A stretch of DNA of 64,000 nt from Callorhinchus milii (GCF_018977255.1 NW_024704743.1:86616001-86680000); one strand, 5' to 3'. Shown: positions 12,630-25,675, numbered from the stretch's first letter. Numbers and translations are program-made. Notes: generated by a model not told the origin, from the letters alone.

Positions 12630-13639
12630 ACACAGTTTCAAAGCAATAAACGGGTGGCCAAAGTGCTAGTTCCAGTTTTGAAGAAATGTTCTATCATTTC
12701 TTTGACATCTAGGCATGAGTCTGATGGCACAGATAAAACCATCAGCAAATCCAGCCATAGAGTTACCAGGCAACTTTCATTTGCAGCCAGCAAATCTCAA
12801 AGCTTTCATGTGCGACACTGTGCCTTGTATGTTTTCAAAAAAACTGCAAGCTATTTTGGAGCAGTTCATAACGTTTCATACTTAATCCATTGATGGTCCT
12901 TGCATTTGGTAGTCTTTACATTTGAATATTTTATTTATTTCAAGTGCATTTAATTAAAATTTAGTCTAAACTGCAGAAACCACAAAGGATCAGATTAATG
13001 AGGCAAAATTGCAGTTTGTTTTTTATTGTTTGGTTTCATACTTATCCAAACTCATAATGTTTATTTTTTAAATAACTGTGTGAATAAATAAGTTGCTTAA
13101 TGTTTCCTTTAGTACACAAAGAGGCAAAGGTTGACTCTTAGACTGTACAGTGTATTGGGCTGTATCCGGTATGATGCGAAAGAATGTTCAGTTAACAACA
13201 TTTATTCATGATTTATTATGGTATATTGCAACACAAACAATGATGCAAACCACAAGGACACAAACCCTGTTAAAATCCTCTTTGAATCATCTGATAATAT
13301 TGTGTAGATATGTTCTAGGCTAACTCAAGATAACTGAACTTTCTCCCGCCTTTCAAGATTAAATTGTCAGCCATATTCATGATTCACTCCTTCAATTTGT
13401 GCAAAGCGGTATCCTACAACAGCCAAGAAGTGAATAATCAATTTCAATGGAGGATCATTGGCCTTGACACCAGGAGAAACTCCATTTTCTTCTGAAATAG
13501 AAGAGGTACACAGAGATGACACTTGACAATAATTTTCAAATGCACAGACACTACACTTGACAGCAATTCTCTGTGAAATGCTTTGAAATATTTTGATCTT
13601 AAGTGTTATAACAAAATCTAGGATAATATTACTGTCAGG

Positions 13640-13880
13640 TGCAATGACTCAGTCTTTCTTCAGTGGGAAAGCACATCAGCAATTGCACCATCAAGTCCTC
13701 ACAAACAGCCACAAAGTGAATTACCAATTAATCTGGAGGATTGTTGGCCAGGATATTGGGAGAAATCTCTGTCTTTTCAAATAGTGTCATGGGATCTTTA
13801 ACATCCAGAAGAACGATGTGACCTCGGTTTAATATCTCATCTAAAAGACTCTGACTCTAGTATCCTATCAGTACTGCCGG
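13640..13880 (-). mobile_element. Older DeuSINE-like fragment
   Basis: ttgttggccaggatattgggagaaatctctgtcttttcaaatagtgtcatgggatctttaacatcc...ctcggtttaatatctcatc. Confidence 0.6.
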
Positions 13881-15639
13881 CCTGGGCTGTCTTACTTCTG
13901 CTCTATAAATATTTATATACAATATAAAAATTCACTGACTGATTTCATGCAATATATTTTTATATATGTATAGTCAAATCATAATGTGGATGTGTTTTTA
14001 GCATCCTTCTTCCCATGAAAAGCTTGTATAATATCACAATGTGACAGCTCAAGAAGATGGACATCGGGAATTGAGCCCATAGTCCATGCTGACCTTCCAG
14101 TACCACATTGACCGAGGTCACATTTTTCAGATGAGATATTAAAACACTTTGAGACATCTTCCTGTCACCAAACCCACTAGACCAAATTTATTATTATAAA
14201 TACTCCTACTTACTGAGACATTATACACTCCGATCGCAATACTTTGGTATTTTCTATTTAGTTCCTTGTTCTTACTTCAGGTTAAATATCCATGTTTCAA
14301 CCAACCTTCATAGCTGTGAACATTGACATCTTCCTCCTTAAAAACCCAAATGGTTTCAATAAACTTAAATGATCATTTATCATAAAGCACTTCAAAATTG
14401 AGTTTTGAGGCCCATGATGTGCAGGAGCAGTACCTAAACTAAGTTCATCAGTTCAAGCACCAGATATTCTGACCCTGTTTATGCAGATCTATAATTTTGC
14501 TTACATGAGCTAACAGAGGAATTTAGGCCCCTTTGAGCAACAGTAAAGATGTTTCCCATATCAAGAGTCAGTTATTTGGACACTATAACATATACACTTA
14601 CACATACTGATGCTATTAAAATGCCGATAAACTATACTTTTTAAACCACGCTTTCTCTTATTAAGACCACTGTGGTCTGCCAGTTATTTAAGCCAGTTTT
14701 TTTATTTATTTTGAAGTTTATGTTTTATTGCCTAGCAGCACATTTCTTGCCCATAAAATTGGGGATTTCAATCATTCAGAAAGCCTGTTGAACGAACTGG
14801 ATACAAGCTGTCCATCCTGCCACTGGAAACAATGCAATTGCTTGGCAACTCCATACTGCAAAACATTGCACAAAGCCTTGGTTGTTGATAGTCACACAAC
14901 ATATCCTTATTTCATCACTCACCATTGCATGAGCTTAGTTAAATTGTCATATGAATCCATTTATTCATCCTCAAAGGTTTTTAAGGCTCTCTTTTCATAG
15001 CATTTTAATTTCCTGCTGCTTCCATGCCTATCAAACACAACTACATTCATTATCAGCATAGCAGGACTGTAATACCAAAACAGATCGTAAATCAAAAGTC
15101 ATTATTGTGATTGAATAATAGGGGAACATATTGTTCCCCTTACTACTTTGGCTTTTAAATTGTTTAATATTTTGCTATTTCATGATTTACTAATTGTACT
15201 TACATTTGACACAGCACATCGGAATGTTACATAGCACTTAGCACAATAAATTATTTTGAAGTGTAGTGACCGTTATATAGACAAACATGATAGCTAATCT
15301 GTACCAACATCCCACGAATGGCAAAGAGATGACAAAAGAATTGACTTACTTTTCGGTGAATTTTGAGAAGGGACGAACAATGGCCGGGACACTGGAACAA
15401 CTCCTTGTTCTCTCTGTAGAAAAGACTTCAAATTGATATATCAACTACATGTCAGCCTACGTTATATGGCCTTACGTCTTAATGTAATGGTCCAAGAGTT
15501 ACGGAGGTGTTTATTGATGCAAAAGGATTTTAATACAAAAAGTGTGTAGAATATGAATTAGGCAGATTTAGATGTTGTGTTATGCCTAAGGCTATATAGT
15601 GACAACCTGACTAGCTGAGTTGAGAAAGATCAGAAAGGG

Positions 15640-17350
15640 TCTGAGAAGGTGTGCAACCGATGCTTTGCAGATTCTTCGTGTTTTGAGAAATCTATTCCTC
15701 ATCAGGAGGTGAGAATTTTACTTCAGCAAAGGTAACTGTGAAGTTGGAAATAAAAGATTGGCAAATTCGGGAATTGCAGGGGGACAAGAGATTTATTTGG
15801 ATAACTGCTGTATCTTGCAAATGTTATGGAAGTGGACCAAATGAAAGTGGCCTTCCATTAACACCAGTGCCACTATCTCTAGCTCAGATTGATGGTTCCA
15901 TGAACAAAACAGACAATTCTAAGCCCATGGCAAAAATGGAAACCAAAATTACGAGTGAGCCACCTGTGTCTGATACATTTTTGATGAATTTGCCAGTAAC
16001 ATTTGGTGGTGTTGCCAGAATAATTTTGTCCATACTGCGTGGTTTGGTAGGGTAGATACACTTTATAATAATAATAATCCTTGCATTTGATATAGCGCTT
16101 TTCACGTCTTCCAGACATCCCAAAGCGCTTCCAGAATATACTGTAAAGTGAATTGACTGTATATTTGTGAGCGAACGCGGCAGCCAATTGCGCACAGCAA
16201 TGTCCCACAAACAGTCTTGGATTGAAAATGACCAATCTATTATTTTTTTTGGAGGGATTATTATTTATCAGTGATAAATACAACAATATCAATAAAGAAC
16301 GTCGAAAGAATCAAATGGGGTTCCATAATCAATGAGCCGAAGCTTACTGAACCTAAACAAAGACGACCTAAAGATTTTCATAGCGCCCCTCGTTCAGGAA
16401 TTTTCAAGACATCATTATTGTTGTTTCTGGCAGATGAATGGCAAAATACTATATATACATCAACTCTTGGTGATCGCAAAGTGTACATAGGTCTTGACAA
16501 AGTATGTTACCTTTTCTACATACAAGATGGTATTGTGATTCAAGAAGACATACCTGACTTTCACTGCATACATGAAGAGGCTGATACCAGGATAGTGTTT
16601 CACTTGTTCCGTTTCCAGAATCCTTGAGATACAAAATATAGGTGTGCGCTGTTATGATACTGATGTTTTGGTTGCACATTTGGATGGACATGAGGCATGA
16701 TGGAAACAACACAAGAGGACAATATAGACTGGCAAAACACCTTGGTCAGAATTTATGTCGGTGGCTAGCAGATTTACACAAATTTACTGGCTCCAATTAT
16801 ACATCTGCCTTCATTCGAAAGGGAAAGGTTCATACACCAGTCCTCTCAACGTGCTATATTAATGTAATTTTGTTGTTGTAGAGCTGGATGAAAAATTGGA
16901 AACCTTTCTTCAAGGTTTTGGAAATCATGGAGCATCAGAAAATATTGATCAGCTTACAGAAAATTTCAAAGAGTTTGTTTGTGCTCTGTATGGCAAGCTG
17001 AAGTTAAAAAAGTTGAAGAAGTGCGATATGCTATTTTCATGGAAATGTATGCTCCAACAAATCAGAATAAACCTCTCTTGAAGATAAAAATGCCGACTCC
17101 AGCACATTCAGTTTTGATTCCGAAAAGCAAATGGTCTTTTATATATTGCCTGTATGTGGAAGAAACCAGACTTACATTCCTGTTTAGCTTGATCCATCTG
17201 AGTATGGTTGGGCACGACTTGGTGGTGAATACATGATCAATTGATTTGAACGTGAACTAATCCCACAAGATATCTGTGCAACAATTTATGACAAATTATT
17301 TCCTGATGAAGGTGGTTCTGATCATGAAAATTACAGTTTCTTCTGGTGAA
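15640..17350 (+). mobile_element. Decayed DNA transposon coding region, Academ-type with XPG/FEN-like nuclease motifs
   Basis: Across frameshifts: RELQGTRDLFG, PLTPVPLSLAQIDGSMNKT, IHFISDKY..SIKNVER, FLADEW, CIHEEADTRIVFH, LHKFTGSNYTSAFIRKGK (H3TH-like GxDY), FVCALYGK, VEEVRYAIF. Family assignment is from recalled motif order. Confidence 0.72.
16066..16263 (-). mobile_element. SINE 3' half inserted into the Academ-like ORF
   Basis: SINE tail and Deu segment flanked by TTTAT on both sides; removing it restores ATACACTTTATCAGTGATAAATAC (IHFISDKY). Confidence 0.9.
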
Positions 17351-17389
17351 TGCGATTATGACAATGAATGAAAATCCATTACTTTTAGG

Positions 17390-17592
17390 TTTAGCTCTTA
17401 CATCTAACAAACAAGCACTGTTGATAAATACAGTTGACTGTTTATGTTATATTATGTTATTAATAATGTTAACACATAAAAGAAGTGCGATAAGAGCTTA
17501 TTTTTTAGCTCTTGGATCTAACAAGCAAGTACTGTTGGTAAATACAGTTGACTGTTTATGATTGTTATTGATAATGTTAGCACCTAATAAAA
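17390..17592. repeat. Diverged tandem duplication, period about 114 bp, downstream of the Academ-like ORF
   Basis: ttagctctt...tctaacaa...caag..ctgttg.taaatacagttgactgtttatg...ataatgtta occurs at 17391 and 17505. Confidence 0.8.
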
Positions 17593-18389
17593 ATACTATA
17601 TGCTGAATTGTGATGTGTTCTATGACCGTTGACTTTGATGATGGCACCATCATATGAATTGTAGATCAGTTAAATTATTAAAGAGAAGAGTATATCTGAC
17701 AAAATCATAGCAGATTTATGAAGTTTGACCCTAAATTAATAAAGTTATTGACATTTTCCTAACCCTACACCATCTTTGTTTTGCGTCAAAAAACATGAGC
17801 TGGCAATAACATAAACTGACAAAAATTCCATGTCAGATATTGCAAAACTGTACAGGCTTGAACAACTAAGACTGCCTAATTCATATTCTACACCTGTTTT
17901 TGCATTAAAATCAACCTTCAAACCTTTTGGATCAGACACAACAATAAAACCCCCCGTAGTTCTTGATCTATAAGGCTCAAACACAAGCTTTTGATTCAAA
18001 GGCAAGAGTGTTACTCGCTAAGTGAAACCTTACAATAGAAGGATGTTTTGGCTGAAACCTATAGTGCAGCCCCATTTCAAAATACCATCCTGTGTTCCCC
18101 TTTGTCTGTGCAGTATTGTGGTAAAACGAATTTTCAGTGACGATCAGGGCAGCATTGCTAAAACATTTGTCAAAGGGAAGAAGCATACATTTAGTACCAA
18201 GTAGTCCCTACACAATGTTACTACTCAGAGTGATTTATTGTTATTTTGATGATTTTTTTAAAAAATAACAGACACTGAACTTGTTTTTTTTAAAAAGCAG
18301 GAAAGTAATTAAATCCATTGTACAGTTAGTTCCACAGCTGTTCTTCATGAAAGGCTACAAATAAATGGTGTGGTCAAAGTCACATTTAA

Positions 18390-18465
18390 TTTGTTTTGGT
18401 CAGCCAGGTATCTGACACATGCGGAAACCTATCACCATGCTTAAGAGTATCCAAACCAAACTGAG
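18390..18465 (-). repeat. Unclassified dispersed repeat (hairpin-ended family)
   Basis: Reverse complement CAGTTTGGTTTGGATACTCTTAAGCATGGTGATAGGTTTCCGCATGTGTCAGATACCTGGCTGACC; relatives at 24665, 25600, 36600, 56742 and 61795. Confidence 0.85.
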
Positions 18466-20149
18466 AACCTGTTATGAAAAGCCTCATCTATTACACTGTA
18501 GGATAAGAAATACAATTGAGTACTTTACTTGGGCTTAAGATGATCATGATCATCAACTGATGTTGAATGTGCAAGAGCAAAGTTTAAGCCTTTTATTCAC
18601 ATTATCTGAACCCTGAGATTGTTTTGTTCGTTTGAAGTACCCTTTTTTCTGTGATAATCCAAAACACATAAGGTACTCAATTGTATCTTTGGTGGAGATT
18701 CTTCAGAAGGAGCCAATCCGAGAGCAGAAAATGATTACAGAAGGAAAGATAAATTAATATATTCTATAGGGGTTCGGGATCGGGGTTATGGGGGGGTGGA
18801 GGAGGAGGAGGGGAGAAAGATGCCCAAACATGTGGTCACAAAAGTAAGTATTTGAGGCAGACCTTGAAAGTCAGAAACAAGGGGCAAGTCGGAGGGACTC
18901 CAGGACAGAGTTCCCAGAACAGAATGGCTGGAAGCTCACCCAGGTCAGGCAGAAGACCTGTTATAGTTAAAGAGGTCTTTGAAAAACTTTTTCATCTTAA
19001 GGCATGCCACAATTCACTTTTTCATCCCCCCAAATCCTATGTGTTCGGTCTCATATGCATTGCAATCTCTGGAACAAATGTACGTAAGCAGGCAGATTGG
19101 CTATTAAACAGGCAGGACCTCTTATTAACCTTTGCAGTACAGCCAGCACACAATCCGTCGTGTTTGTGACAGCATGACAGCTTTATCCTGGATATCTTTG
19201 TTCTGGATCTATGCAGCTTGCGTTTGTACTTCTCATTCACCCTGTTCTTCATCTGACAGACTGATGGTAGCAACAATAAGTGTCAAAGTTCCTTATTCAT
19301 ACTTTCTCTGCAACATGTTTTCCCTTACGATTTTGATCAATCAATTAATGTTAATAGTTTTTTTAATTACCCAAGCATGACATTCCCTTCAATGAAACGT
19401 TCTGAAAACCCTCTTTTCTTAAGTAAAAGCACTGAAAACTACACTTACGCTGAGACTCTTGCAAAGCAGGTCAGTGCCAGAAAACTCTTTAATTGCATCC
19501 ATACACCGACTTAATTGGAGTTTCCTGAGAACTTCAGAAAAAGTTTATAACAGCTGAAAACAACATAAGAGCTTTTTTGAACCACCATCTGTAGTGGACG
19601 ATGCTTTAGTTGAATTTTCCAAGTGTTGATGGTACATTGGAATTATATGTAACAGAAAGAAAATACACCCTATTGTAAAAAAAATTTAAATCAATGTAAG
19701 TCTCCAAAGTAATCAGGACTACAATCTATACATTAAATAGATCCAAGAGTGAGTGGAGGAGCGCTGAAATGTGTCTGAGTAGCACTAAGAGTTTAGAAAG
19801 GTGGTTTGTCAAACAGATAAAGGGATCAGGATTGCTTCTCTCACAAATTAGCATAGGTTCACAGCTCTTACACTCATAGAACTGAGGTTGTAACTTTGTC
19901 AACTATCAGAGAACTTTGCTATAAATACCCCCCTCATCGTGGATAGGGAAACATACAGAAAAACAAGTCAGAAAACAAGTGAGGCTGTAATTTAGAATAT
20001 TTACACATCCAGAAACACAGAGTTGAACTTAATTGTGGTTCATAAAATTAAATATTTTATAAAACATGAAGCACAAATCAGGCAATAATAAAATAATAAG
20101 AATATTAGTTTAACATCAGTTTTGAAGAAAATGCTAAGCATGATTTTGT

Positions 20150-20960
20150 GGATCACTTAACACAGAGGCCATAAAGGGTACAGTAATGGATTTAGAAGCA
20201 ATAGGTAATTCCTCACAAATCTTCTGTAACTCCTTAAGGAATGAACTAAATCATTGGATGAGGGATATCTACTAGATATAATACAGCTGTAATTTCAAAA
20301 GACATTTGATAATGTCCTTTTAATGAAGATAAATGTGCTTGGAATTAAAAGCAAATTAGCTCACTGGATTCAAAATTGGATTGATGATTTAGAAGCAGAA
20401 GGTAATAAATGGTAAAGGCTCCTTCTGTCTGGCTGTCATTGACTTCTGCTGGATTCTGTTCTGGGTTATCTGCAATTCAATTGTTCTTAACCAATATAAA
20501 GAAGCTACTGGAAATAAACAAATCACATTTACTGATGACATCAAGTTGTGTGACCATCTTTTCAGTGAGAAGTATTAGACACAAATTTGTATTATTTCTT
20601 AATGGGATCTTTAATAAGGTTTTTTAATAAGGTTCCTTCTTAACCTCATTAAGAAACAGTGGAAAAGCGTTTCCTTAATAAAGAGCCCTATTAGAATTCC
20701 CTTCCATCGGATGTGGAGCACATCATGGCAGAATTCCCATGGGCTATGATGTAATTCCAGTTACCAGAAAGAGTTCCCTTTTGCACAATGCAAAGGCTGG
20801 GAGGAGACCTGATGGAGGATTTTGAAAGTGTGAGGGACTTTGATAAGATAAATAATGAGAACATATTTTTACTGGTCAGCGAGTAAGTAACTAGGAGGCA
20901 TCAATTTATAATCATCAATAAAAGAACAAAGGGAGTAAAATAAATTAGAATAATTTGGAT
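20150..20960 (+). mobile_element. CR1-clade RT fragments, highly decayed
   Basis: Remnants resembling FQKAFDKV, WIQNW...KQKVIN, F.DDIK and RLGGDLMEDF. Confidence 0.6.
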
Positions 20961-20984
20961 ATGGGGTACAATCCAATAAATGGT

Positions 20985-21590
20985 TAGGAGCATAGGAACA
21001 AGTGGAGACAATTTAAGCTCATTGGATCTGTTCTGCTGGTTTATTAGATCATGGCTAATCTTTTAAACCTCATTTCTCAACATCTCTTGAAACCTTACAT
21101 TTTAGTATTTAATTATCTCCCTTTTAAACATCCCAATTGTTGCTGTCTCTATATAGATTTGCACAAATCATCTGTGTGAAGAAAGTATATTAATTCTAAC
21201 CATCCTAGGTCCAATCTTAAGAGTCTGTTCCCTTGTTTTGTATCTCTCTACCAAAAAGAAGTTATGCACTATCTAGCTAGTCATTTCCCATCCTTCTTTA
21301 AGCACCTCAATTAAATAACCTTTTGGCCTTTTCAGTTGTAATCTTCCCAACTTCTCATTAGAGTTAAGACCTTTCATTTAGGTATTAATCTAGTGAATGG
21401 TTGCTGGATACCATCCAAGCTAGTGTTATACTTCCTAAGACTGAGTTGCCAAAATTGAACACAATACTCCAAATAAAGTCTGACCATTCTTCTAAAGCAG
21501 AATTTCCTTGCTTTTATATTCCAGATCCAATGTTAAAAGAACAGAATTCGACAAATTTTATTGATTGATTTCCTTGCCTGTGAACTAAAC
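20985..21590 (-). mobile_element. CR1-clade 3' fragment, decayed
   Basis: ccaaaattgaacacaatactccaaataaagtctgacc (antisense of the VRPxLEYCVQFW motif), with a CR1-like 3' tail at the left end. Confidence 0.65.
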
Positions 21591-21754
21591 ATTTGAAGCA
21601 GAATCCTTAAAAAGAGTTTACAACAGAATTGGACAAATAATTGAAAAACATGTTCATTCACTTCATGAATGTTTGTGGAAAATTGTGCACTGTGATTGCC
21701 TATAAACTGCCTCCACCAATTCAGGTGCTTAATCAGCTATGTAAAGCACTTTGC

Positions 21755-22830
21755 CGACCACACCGTTCTCTTCCACCACATCTCCTCCCTCATCCAACTT
21801 AGTGGGACCACACTGCTATGGTTCAAGTCCAACTTAACCAACCGTCTCCACTTCGGCAAATGGTTTCTCCTCCCACTCGGTCACCTGCGGGGTATCCCAA
21901 GGCTCCATTATTGGCCCTCTTTTTTTCCTCATCTACATGCTCCCTCTGGGTGATGCTATCCTCAGGCACAGGGTAAATTTCCACATGTATGCGGATGACA
22001 CACAAATCATCTTTGCCTCCTCCAGTATCGACTCCAGGTCCACCGATGTTCTATCAGCTTGTCTGGCAGACATCAGGGCTTGGATGAGTGCAAACTTCCT
22101 GCAGCTGAATGTTGACAAGACGGAAGCCATACTCCTGTTAATGTTTTCACTGCTGCGGATCTGAACTCCTCAACCTTCCTGGGCTCTCCCTCAGACTCAC
22201 TGAACCAGTGTGCAATCTAGGCATCTGATTTGACTCCAGCTGTCCTTCCTCCCCCACATCCAGCCCCTGACCAGGACTGCCATCCTCCACCTGCAACACA
22301 TTGCCCATCTCTGACCGTACCTTACCCCAAATGCAGCCAAAGCCCTTGTGCATGGGTTTGTCACCGCCCGCCTGGATTATTCAAACGCATTCCTCGCCGG
22401 TCTCCCCAGCTCCACCATTCAAAAGATCCAGCTCATTCAAAACTTCAAGATCCTCACACTCATGTTCAAATCCCTTCACTCCCTGGTACCTCCTTACCTC
22501 TCCGACCTCCTCACTTCCCAATTCACCATCCGAGGCTTCCACTCAACTGACATCAGCTTCCTGCTCGTCTCTCATCCCCTCTGCTTCACCACTGGAGATT
22601 GTGCATTCAGCCACTATGTCCTGAAAACCTGGAACACTCTCCCTCAATCTCTCCGCCTTGCGCCCTCTCTCCCTTTTTCAAGTTCAGCCTCAAAACCTTC
22701 CACCCTACCGGCATGGAGTCAGATTCTGATACAGTTAAGTGCTCTGAGATGCTAACCTGCGCTGAGGGTGCTAAATAAGTGCAAGTTGTTGTTATCGTTC
22801 CTGATGTGAAAGGTGCTCCATAAATGTAAA
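21755..22830 (+). mobile_element. L2 RT and 3' fragment
   Basis: MLPLGDAILRHRVNFHMYADDTQI...ANFLQLNVDKTEA; HGFVTARLDYSNAFLAGLP. Confidence 0.9.
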
Positions 22831-22854
22831 TCATTGTAGTTATTTTATCTAGAG

Positions 22855-23224
22855 CAGAGGTTCCAAAAAATGTTGTGACCCCACCACCCCTTTTCGGAGC
22901 TTAATGTCCCATGCATCATCTTTCTAGAGCATAGCATGTTTGCTCGCTCCTTAGGAGGTTCAGGCTGGCCTCCACTGGTTTCTTGACCCCTGGCTGGTTA
23001 CTGGCTTATATTTAAATTGGAGGGAACATGATGAACTGTTATTTAGGATTTTGTTTTCCCTCTCTCTCGCTCTCTGAGTCCCGGCCTCTTCTCACACTTA
23101 GTTTCTCTTCCCCGTCCCCTGACATGGGAAAAATAACGCTAAAATGCTGGTAAGACAAGAAACAATTCTTACTCAGTAACCTGTTTGGGGGCATGACCCC
23201 CCAATTTGAAATTGAAAATCTCTG
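22855..23224. mobile_element. Non-autonomous hAT (Charlie-like) MITE, 370 bp
   Basis: Perfect 8-bp TSD ATCTAGAG at 22847-22854 and 23225-23232; imperfect TIRs CAGAGGTTCCAA... / ...TTGAAAATCTCTG. Confidence 0.85.
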
Positions 23225-23249
23225 ATCTAGAGGTAGGATTCCAGGAGTA

Positions 23250-23480
23250 ATCCTTTCTCTGGCCAAATAGTGCTATTGGATCTTTAATGTTCACCAGAAC
23301 AGGAAGAACGGACCTTGGTTTAATGTTTCGTTCGAGGGAATAACACCTCCAATAATGCGGGGCTCTCCCTATATTACATACACCCTATATTGAGTGTGAA
23401 TTCAAAGCCCCAAAGTGTGGTTTCAATCCACAACCATCTGACTCAAAAGTGAGAATGCTATCAGCTGAGCCAGGCTGATA
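23250..23480 (-). mobile_element. Older DeuSINE-like 5' part
   Basis: ccacaaccatctgactcaaaagtgagaatgctatcagctgagcc is the antisense of a tRNA-like head. Confidence 0.6.
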
Positions 23481-23489
23481 TCAATCCAA

Positions 23490-23800
23490 TCCTGTAGTTC
23501 AGTGGTTAGAGCACTCGCCTCGCAAACGAGAGACCTGGGTTCAATTCCCATCAGGGCGAAACCTTGGGTAAGTTTCCTTACTCCACACACCTGATAATAA
23601 TCCTTCAAGAAAAAAAACAACAATAAATTGGTTACTTCAATCCATGACTGATGTGGGACACTGCTGTGTGCAATTGGCTGCCGCGTTTTGCCCACAAATA
23701 TTCAATCAATTCATTTCACAGTATATTCTGTGAAGCGCTTTGAGATATCTAGAAGACTTGAAAAGCCCTATATCAAATGCAAGGATTATTATTATTATTA
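23490..23800 (+). mobile_element. tRNA-derived SINE (short variant)
   Basis: tcctgtagttcagtggttagagcac...atcaaatgcaaggattattattatt. Confidence 0.9.
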
Positions 23801-24722
23801 ATCCGCATTAGATTCTGTGGTCATGCAATCAATGATAATTCATACAAAAGATCCCTTGAGTTGCATCACAAGAAACTCAAAAATGCCCATTTTGGGGCAC
23901 ATGTCATAATTGGATCCCTATCCAATATGTGCATTCAGATTATGAACCAGTTTAATCAGATATAAAGCAGGTTTGTTGCATAATTTGCACCCATGCAATA
24001 CATTTCATCAGCATTACTACATAATGTTTCCAAATACATCAATATGGTACACATGCTCACATGAACTGACACCTTCTGAAAAGTATTAAAGATATTTGAA
24101 TCATTCTGACTTTATTCTGTTAGTAAAGACTAATCTGTAGTCCGAGTATGAAATGTAACTCTCGGAGTATACCATCTAACATTCAAAATGTGTGTGGTAC
24201 TAATTTTAATTGAATCCATCCCTCTCAAATAATTGGCTACATTGATATGCTTTAATTCTCCTATGGAAAATAATTTGCCACCATGTTAAGTCATTTCTCA
24301 TAATTCGCAAACCAACAGTAATACATTGCAGTGTGTGGATTGATATTTTTCTCAAGGCAGTAAATCAATGTAAGAGTCACTGCTAGTGAACCCCATTGAT
24401 TCATCAAGTTTCTTCTCAGCACATGCTTCGCTGACCTTTACATGTGTTATGGGCTAAGGAGCCAAAATGACTGTTTCTGGAATTTGTCATTAATGAAGAC
24501 AGATGAGAAGAATTCATTCAACACATCTGCCATTTCCTGACCCTTTATAATATTTATATTCAATGAATCGCTTAAGGGATATTAACACTCTATCTAATTC
24601 TACCACAGCTGAACATTTTCTTTGGATCTCTCTCACTGCTATCCGCCCTTTAGTTTCTTGAACTTTTTGTTTGGTTAGCCAGGTGTCCGACACATGTGGA
24701 AACACATCACCAAAGTTCAGAG

Positions 24723-25051
24723 TGGAGTCCTGTAGCTCAGTGGTTAGAGCACTCGCTTTGCAAGTGAGAGATCTGAGTTCAATTCCAGGCAGGGCGAAAC
24801 CTTGGGCAAGTTTCCTTACTCCACACGCCTAATAATAATAATCCCTCCAAAAAAAACAAAACCAATAATTAAATTGGTCATTTTCAATCTACGACTGTTT
24901 GTGGGACATGGCTGTGCGCAATTGGCTGCCGCGTTCGCCCACAAATATACAGTCAATTCACTTTACAGTGTATTCTGTGAAGTGCTTTGGGACGTTCTCC
25001 CGACATGAAAAGCGCTATATCAAATGCAAGGATTATTATTGTTATTATTAT
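24723..25051 (+). mobile_element. tRNA-derived SINE (short variant) inserted into a copy of the hairpin-ended repeat
   Basis: Full head to tail; AGAGT on both sides as a likely TSD; host repeat halves at 24665-24722 and 25052-25066. Confidence 0.92.
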
Positions 25052-25060
25052 AGAGTATCC

Positions 25061-25395
25061 AAACCAGAGAGTTCCACACGTAATAATAATCCTTGCATTT
25101 GATATAACACCTTATCACATTGTTGAGATATCTCAAAGTGCTTCAAAGGATATACTGTAAAGTGAATTAACTGTATATTTTGTGGGCGAAACGTGGCAGC
25201 CAATTGTGCACAGCAGTGTCCCAACACAAACAGTCGTGGATTGAAGTGAACAATTTAAAATTTATTTTTGAAGGAATTATTACTCCCGAAAAAGCGATCC
25301 ACCAATCGACTAACAACCGGGTTCCTACTTACTGCTAGGTAAAGAAAGGCGTGTGGAGTAAGGAAACTTGCCTAACATTTCGCCCTGCCGGAAAT
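25061..25395 (-). mobile_element. tRNA-derived SINE (long variant, 5'-truncated)
   Basis: Tail, Deu-like and CORE-like segments in antisense. Confidence 0.88.
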
Positions 25396-25439
25396 GGTAA
25401 GCTTTGTGGTTTTAGCCGATAAAACTCTAGGAATACACC

Positions 25440-25675
25440 AGCCCACACTCTGAGGTCCACAAGCCTTAGCTCTTGCCAACATGCACCTAATATTTTCCAG
25501 AATTAGGTAAGTAGGATGCATTCCCTCCAGAGAGAGCACACACATACCATTCCAACAACCTATCTCTGGAATTTCCATGTGTAGGTTGATGTAAGGAAAA
25601 TTCAGCTTGGTTTGGATACTCTTAAGCATGTTGATGGGTTTCTGCATGTGTCAGACACCTGGCTGACCCCCAAAA
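25440..25675 (+). repeat. Unclassified hairpin-ended repeat, longer copy
   Basis: Upstream part aligns by eye with 36480-36660 (caagcctt...ttccagaatt...aatttc.atg); ends cagcttggtttggatactcttaagcatg...cctggctgacc. Confidence 0.75.

Noticed and set aside
14750..15060. Possible second, minus-strand decayed ORF upstream of the Academ-like region
   Set aside because: Multiple stops and no motif I can identify; left unassigned.
24723..24795. tRNA gene-like sequence with A and B boxes (also in other SINE heads)
   Set aside because: Always continues into the SINE body and tail and varies between copies; these are SINE heads, not tRNA genes.
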